64,000 bases of DNA from the NCBI GenBank assembly GCA_026936335.1, contig JAPMXV010000047.1, positions 14,525 through 78,524 on the forward strand. The letters run 5' to 3'. This document shows, one piece after another, positions 58,927 through 64,000 of this stretch. The notes beneath the pieces were generated by a model. The model was not told where the DNA came from. It made no database searches and saw only the letters and a program-made list of their open reading frames with translations. The position numbers were made by a program, and so were the translations under genes. The DNA is from Mantamonas sphyraenae STR306 (Eukaryota > Protista > CRuMs). Positions within the stretch are counted from its first letter, which is position 1, and each line of letters starts with the position of its first letter.

Positions 58927-60400
58927 TCAGCATGACGAGCAGCGCACCGGCCGTTGGGCCACTCGCATTCTGGACGAAGCGCTCGCACTGGGAGAGGTTG
59001 TGGCTGTGGGCGTCGGGGTCGGTGTGGCAGATGCACCAGAGTCGGAGATGCGGACGGACTGGGACTGGGGCGCATACTCAGTCGTAAACATGTCGCTTTT
59101 GCCAGCGCTCTGGAATCCAACTGCAATGAACTGATCCACCTTGCCTGTCACCATCAGCGCCCCGTCGGACAGGAATCGAGTGTTGTAAGGAGTCGGTGTA
59201 GTGTCCCATCGGGATGCCAAGATCACGGTCCCGTTGGGATCCATCTCGATCAGCGCGCGTTTGAAGGGAAGGTTGTTGTCTGGGATGGTTCCTGCATAGT
59301 AAGCTTGCCATGGGTGGGCAACCAGGTTAGTGTCTGCTGGGATGACCCCGTTCACTTGAGTGATGACACACAACGTGCCATTCGTGTGGTGCGCATCAAA
59401 CAAGGGTTTGGACACGGGACTGCCTGGTTGCCAATCGTGTACAAACAGACCATCCGAGAGAAGCACCATGCCTCTGGGAAGTACAGGTGTCGTGTAGTTG
59501 CTCTGCCACACCCACTCGCGGTTGCCTTGCGGGTCAAGCTTCATCAGAAAGCCGTGGTTGCGTTGCTGTACGTTCTGTTCTGGTTCGTGATGTCTCCGTG
59601 GTGCGTCCGCTACGTAGATTGCGTTGTTGATGATCTCCATCGTCCACACGCTCTCACTCTGGCTGTTGCCCATGTAGGGAGTGCTGTTAGAACTGCCTGG
59701 ACACAGGGAACTCCCGTTCTGGTCCAGTTTCACCACCAAAACAACGTCTTTGCAGGTTAGGATTGCCACTTGTCATGTTCATGAACGAAACCCAAACACG
59801 CTGCCAGCAACGTAGATGTTGCCCGAGGCGTCCATCGCTGCGACGTCTGCGTAGTCCGTTGCTTCGACTCCGAACTGCTTGTTCCACAGAAATGGTGCCG
59901 TCGGAGGAGCTTGCTCACCACCAAGTCTCGATCGCCTTTAGCGTGAAGCCAGGCAGGAGCCTCGTGTTTTGCCAAAACACAACAGGTTGTCTTGCGAATC
60001 TACACTGCACTGACGAGCTCATCTTCTCTGTCAGTGCCCCCACTGCCTGCTCCACACACGTGTCCGTTACGGAACATGCGTGTCACGTAAAAGTCGGCGT
60101 CGCCAGCATTTTGTGTAGCCATCAGGCTGCTTTTGGGTCCAGCCCGAGATGAACCATCGCTTCCGTCGCTTGCTTCTTCACACAACGAGCGTAGTCGTCC
60201 TCAGGTCCGCCCATTGAGCGTTTGTCACTGTCTGACGGGTATTGGTCCAGCAAGTAGGATGAGAGTCGCTGCCAGAAGACACGATTAGAGAGTAGAGATG
60301 CCTTGGTCCATCGTGCGCGGTGTTTTGAAAATTGCCCAACCCTTCGGCGCCACTGAGGCCAATCAACATGCATGTGGATTACATGGCATAGTATGCGTGA
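58927..60400 (-). pseudogene. Second beta-propeller/PT-stalk gene, fragmented (5' boundary uncertain)
   Basis: VVKLDQNGS, GFLMKLDPQGNREW, IEMDPNGTV and TPTPTPT stalk. Upstream fragments GDRDLVVSKL and GDADFYVTRM lie in other frames. Confidence 0.6.
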
Positions 60401-62748
60401 TCTGGTATTTCTCTCACCGATAACCACGTTGGACCCGTCGCTGTGGCCACAGCGCTGTGGTTCTTCGATTCCCGTCAAAGCTGTGTTTTTTACCCTCTTT
60501 CCAGGTTGGCGTATGCCTCGTTCTGCACTGTTAAAAAACACGCTGGGAGTGGTTGATATCTCCATTTGGTCTTCCTAGCAGACGGTTCGAAGAGTCAGCC
60601 AGTACAGAGCGAGAGGTTGACCCGGTGTTGTTCACCAAATGCTCCCAAGCGGCGTTGCAACTTGGTGACGCATCCGAGACGGATATCCATCGGTGCAACA
60701 CTTCCAGCAACGTCGTTCTGCACCTAACACTATTGAACCTGTGAGCTGGCTGGGCTTCACCAAATTTCTTCTCTGGCTGCTGCGTGCATCGAATCTCTGC
60801 CAGCGGCTGGACACACTAAACAACAGGCCGGAGTGAGGTGAGTGGTGAGTTTCCCATCACAACACGCATCGGCCGAGTACATGTCAACGGAGAAAGGTGC
60901 GTGTTGCGGAACACCATGCAATGTGGTCCCAAGTGTGTTGCTGGTGACGTGGGCGCTTCATTTTTTGAGGTCGGGAATTGGTCACCCCAAAGGGTGACTG
61001 TCGCTAACAGGGTGGCTTCAACGCAGACATCTCGCCATATGTTTGGTGTTTGATGGCTCCGATGGAACCGGTGAGTTGTGCTGTAGTTCTTGTTGCGTTT
61101 CCTTCAGGTGTGTCGTTCCTCGCACACGATCAGCCCACTGTGCTCTCATGCATGTGCTTTCTATGGATTGAGAGGGTGAGCACAGCCCAATACAAGGCAG
61201 AATCACCATCGAAAACGGGGTTTGGGTGTGGCCATTTCTTTCCTCCAAATCAATGGGTGGGCAGACTCGTTGCATTTGGATAAAATCGTAGAATTGTGTT
61301 CAAAACACCACGAGGAACACCTTTCGAAAGAAACTTCGTCAGCCATGCTGCCGATCATGGGTCCTTGGACACTGAGATGGATTCGTGCGCACTCTGTGTA
61401 CACTCTTTGGACCAGCTCATCCCACAGACTCATCACCAGGTTGATGTGCAGCGTGTACGCCGTTGACTTCTGCACAGCCTCCGTGTGGCGTCAGCGCAAT
61501 GTTTACCACTTCCTGCAGAACCTGTGTGTCCACAAACTCTATCTTGGCCAGATGTGTCGCCATCACACCGACCCAGTTTGATCCGAGGCGACCACAATTC
61601 CAACCGACACACCTCCTGCAGAAGAGCACGCATCAGATCGATTGCCGACGTCCCTTCAATGCACTGTGATCGCGGTAGACAGGGACACGCCAGCCATCCT
61701 TGCAGCGTTTCATCCACCGTTGGGCGTCACGACAACCTCCACATCCATCGTGTCGAGGCTGGACGTTTCGGCTGCCACGCAAAGTGTGTCCGATACACCT
61801 TCCATGTGCACGGGCGCGGTGCGTTGCTTCGAGCAAAAGCCGCCATCTCCCTGGAAGAAGAAGCCCTGCGCCGTTCTTGGTTGGCTTGCGTGATGGCGCC
61901 AAAATCGAGGATGCGTCTGACGAACGACTTTAACGCGTTCCACGCGCTCTGTGTGGAGCCCACACCATCTCTCGTTTCGGTGAGATAGTCTCAAGTATGT
62001 CGTGAGCGAGACGCAACGTTGCAATGGAATGCAGGAGGGCGTGGTACCAACGGTGTAATGTGCCGTTCATGAGCTCCTCCCAGTGTTTCCTCATCCACTC
62101 CCGGATTCTCAGGTTACTCCCACCAGGTGACTCATCTGGTTCATCCAGGATGAAACTGAAAGATGGTTTCATCCTGCACACGGGCGAGCGCTTGATGAGG
62201 CTTGTCTTTCCTGCGGCGTGTGCGGACGGGCTGATCTTGCGTTTGCTTTCTGCATCGTCCAGGTCGGCGCTTGCCGTGTGAGCCTTGCCGCGACATTTGA
62301 AAATACCACCGTTGTTGTGTTGCATGCACAAGCGCTGCTGGTCCTCACCTTTTCGCTCGTCATTGTGTGAAGATGTGCTGTGGTCCGTGTTGTCGAGTGA
62401 ACTTTTCCAGTTCCCACCACCCTGCGTGGAAGCCCACCCGTGTCGTGTGGGGAGCCAAGATCCGAGGTAAAATGTCACTTGTGGCGTGAGGCTGTGACCA
62501 CCAGACACAACAATCCCCTTGTACGTCAGGCCCACTGCTGCCGTGACGACTTGGGTGTAGTTGACACGTCCTTTGGGTGCGTGTGCACAACGAGGTACAT
62601 CGTTGGGGCGGCAAATGCGGTTGAATGTCTCAGATTCCTTTCAGAAGCTCGGGCGGCGGTTGGAGAGTACGCAGCAGTGCCCCTCATACCGCTTTGGTGA
62701 GGAAGCAGGCCAGCGATTCAAAACAAACGAACGTGTGTTTTTGGAAAC

Positions 62749-63982
62749 TCACCACCAGCAATCGCTTAAGAGCCATTGCGGCTTTCGTACATGCAGCAGG
62801 TTGAAGGTGGTCACGATAGGATTCTCCAAGCGATTCAGGTGGACCTGCTCAGCGTTGAGTTTGGAGGGGCGTCCCGATGTCCTGTTTTCGCCAGACGTGT
62901 CGCCCTCGCAGTAGTCCCAGGTCAAACTCTTCGCCAGCAGCGATGTCGCGCTGTGTCACTAGCCACCCTTCGCCGTCCTGCTCGATCATCGCGCAGTTGG
63001 GGGCTGCGCTGCTGTTCAGGAACGGAGCCAAACCCGGAACTGGACGGACCACATCGCCGCTCTCTCTCAATGTGAGCAGCAGCAGCGGTTTGTCTTGGTT
63101 CTTTGATACTTGTTCATCATCGTCCAGCGCAGCCACCTGCTCGTCGGACAACACGTGCCCTCGGTACGGCATCAGCGTTGTCCCTTGGACGAGTGCGTGT
63201 GCTGCCAACACATGCAGTCCCTTTGTTCGTGTGTAGGCCAGTGCCAGGTGTTTCCTCACCGACTGGCACACACCCAACCACGTCGTGTCGCTGTCGTCCT
63301 CACTGCACTGTGCGGTGCGGAGCGGGACAATTGTTGGCTCTTCCAGCAGGCCCAGCACCTGCGTCTGGCACGTAAACACATCCACCCCTTCTTCACGTAG
63401 AGCGTCATACACAATTCTGAGTCGGAGGGTGATTTGACGGGCACGGGCGGCTCCCACACGGTCTTGCAACCAGGCTAGAAACCAAGTCAACGCGGCAGGC
63501 GAGGCCAAGCAGGGAAACGGAGCCAGTCTGACGCCTCCGTACACCCAACACGCCACAAACATCTCTGCTGCAGACTTGCTGGATAGTAAAGGGATAGAGT
63601 GGGTCGCAGAGAGCCGAGCAAGGTCATCGTGGGTGTCGAGGAGGGTGGCAAGTGCTGCAGTTGTGTTGGACACGCGCGACCATGCGAAACGTGCAAGGTG
63701 GCTGCACACTGCGTCTATGCTCAGGTGTCCATGCACAGCGAGGGTCACCAACGACGTCACAAGGTGTCCGACATACAAGGTGCCTGCCAAGAACTCGCGC
63801 TTTTGGTACGCGCGCGCGCGGAGTGAGTTCACACCACGCGTCAGCTCGGGTAGGTACTCGACACGCTGCCGTTTGATGGCAGGTGAGGTAGGAGTAGATG
63901 TCGACCCCCTGCGGCGTTTGGCATGGGACATGAGTTGGCGGATGAGGCGCACAGTGCTACTTGCTACTTGGGAGGGCGACAT
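62749..63982 (-). CDS. SET-domain protein with a degenerate RNase III-like N-terminal domain; 1-nt frameshift at 62924-62926; may continue into 61930-62535
   Basis: KGLHVLA...GTTLMPYRG...APFLNSS..PNC...RDIAAGEE. Removing one base gives the canonical GEELTWDY. N-terminus YQKREFLAG...VSN...KSAAEMFVACWVYGG. Confidence 0.75.
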
Positions 63983-64000
63983 GTCAGTGTTTGAGCGAAA

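Noticed and set aside
1-64000. rRNA/tRNA genes, telomeric repeats, prokaryotic operon signals
   Set aside because: None recognised by eye; a tRNAscan/Infernal run would be needed to exclude small RNAs.

Overview
Eukaryotic DNA, probably from a protist: GC-rich and gene-dense, with several GT-AG introns that restore reading frames (two with CTAAC branch sites), an HSF transcription factor, SET, CRAL-TRIO and RNI-type LRR proteins. The dominant structure is a near-perfect inverted repeat of at least 13.2 kb (1-13240 vs 36326-49566) around a unique 23-kb spacer. I found only 3 single-base indels and 1 substitution between the arms, and the left arm runs off the window start. Each arm carries an intron-containing UvrD-like SF1 helicase, a cluster of GGTCCGGACC/ACGATGA dyad motifs, a ~1035-aa orphan, two LRR paralogs and an HSF. 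Just beyond the right arm lie two 54-bp dyad-symmetric direct repeats flanking an AT-rich core, a very acidic protein, and a ~1625-aa herpes-UL9-like (origin-binding) SF2 helicase with a possible degenerate primase-like N-terminus. Together these look like a candidate virus-like replication module with its own origin. The spacer encodes a ~2186-aa secreted protein with four biomphalysin-small-lobe-like Cys-rich domains, plus several intact or frameshifted host-type genes. The right end has two beta-propeller surface-protein genes and an RNase III-like/SET fusion. Many breaks fall in homopolymers, so some 'pseudogenes' may be sequencing errors. All family calls come from motif recognition by eye; no database searches were run.
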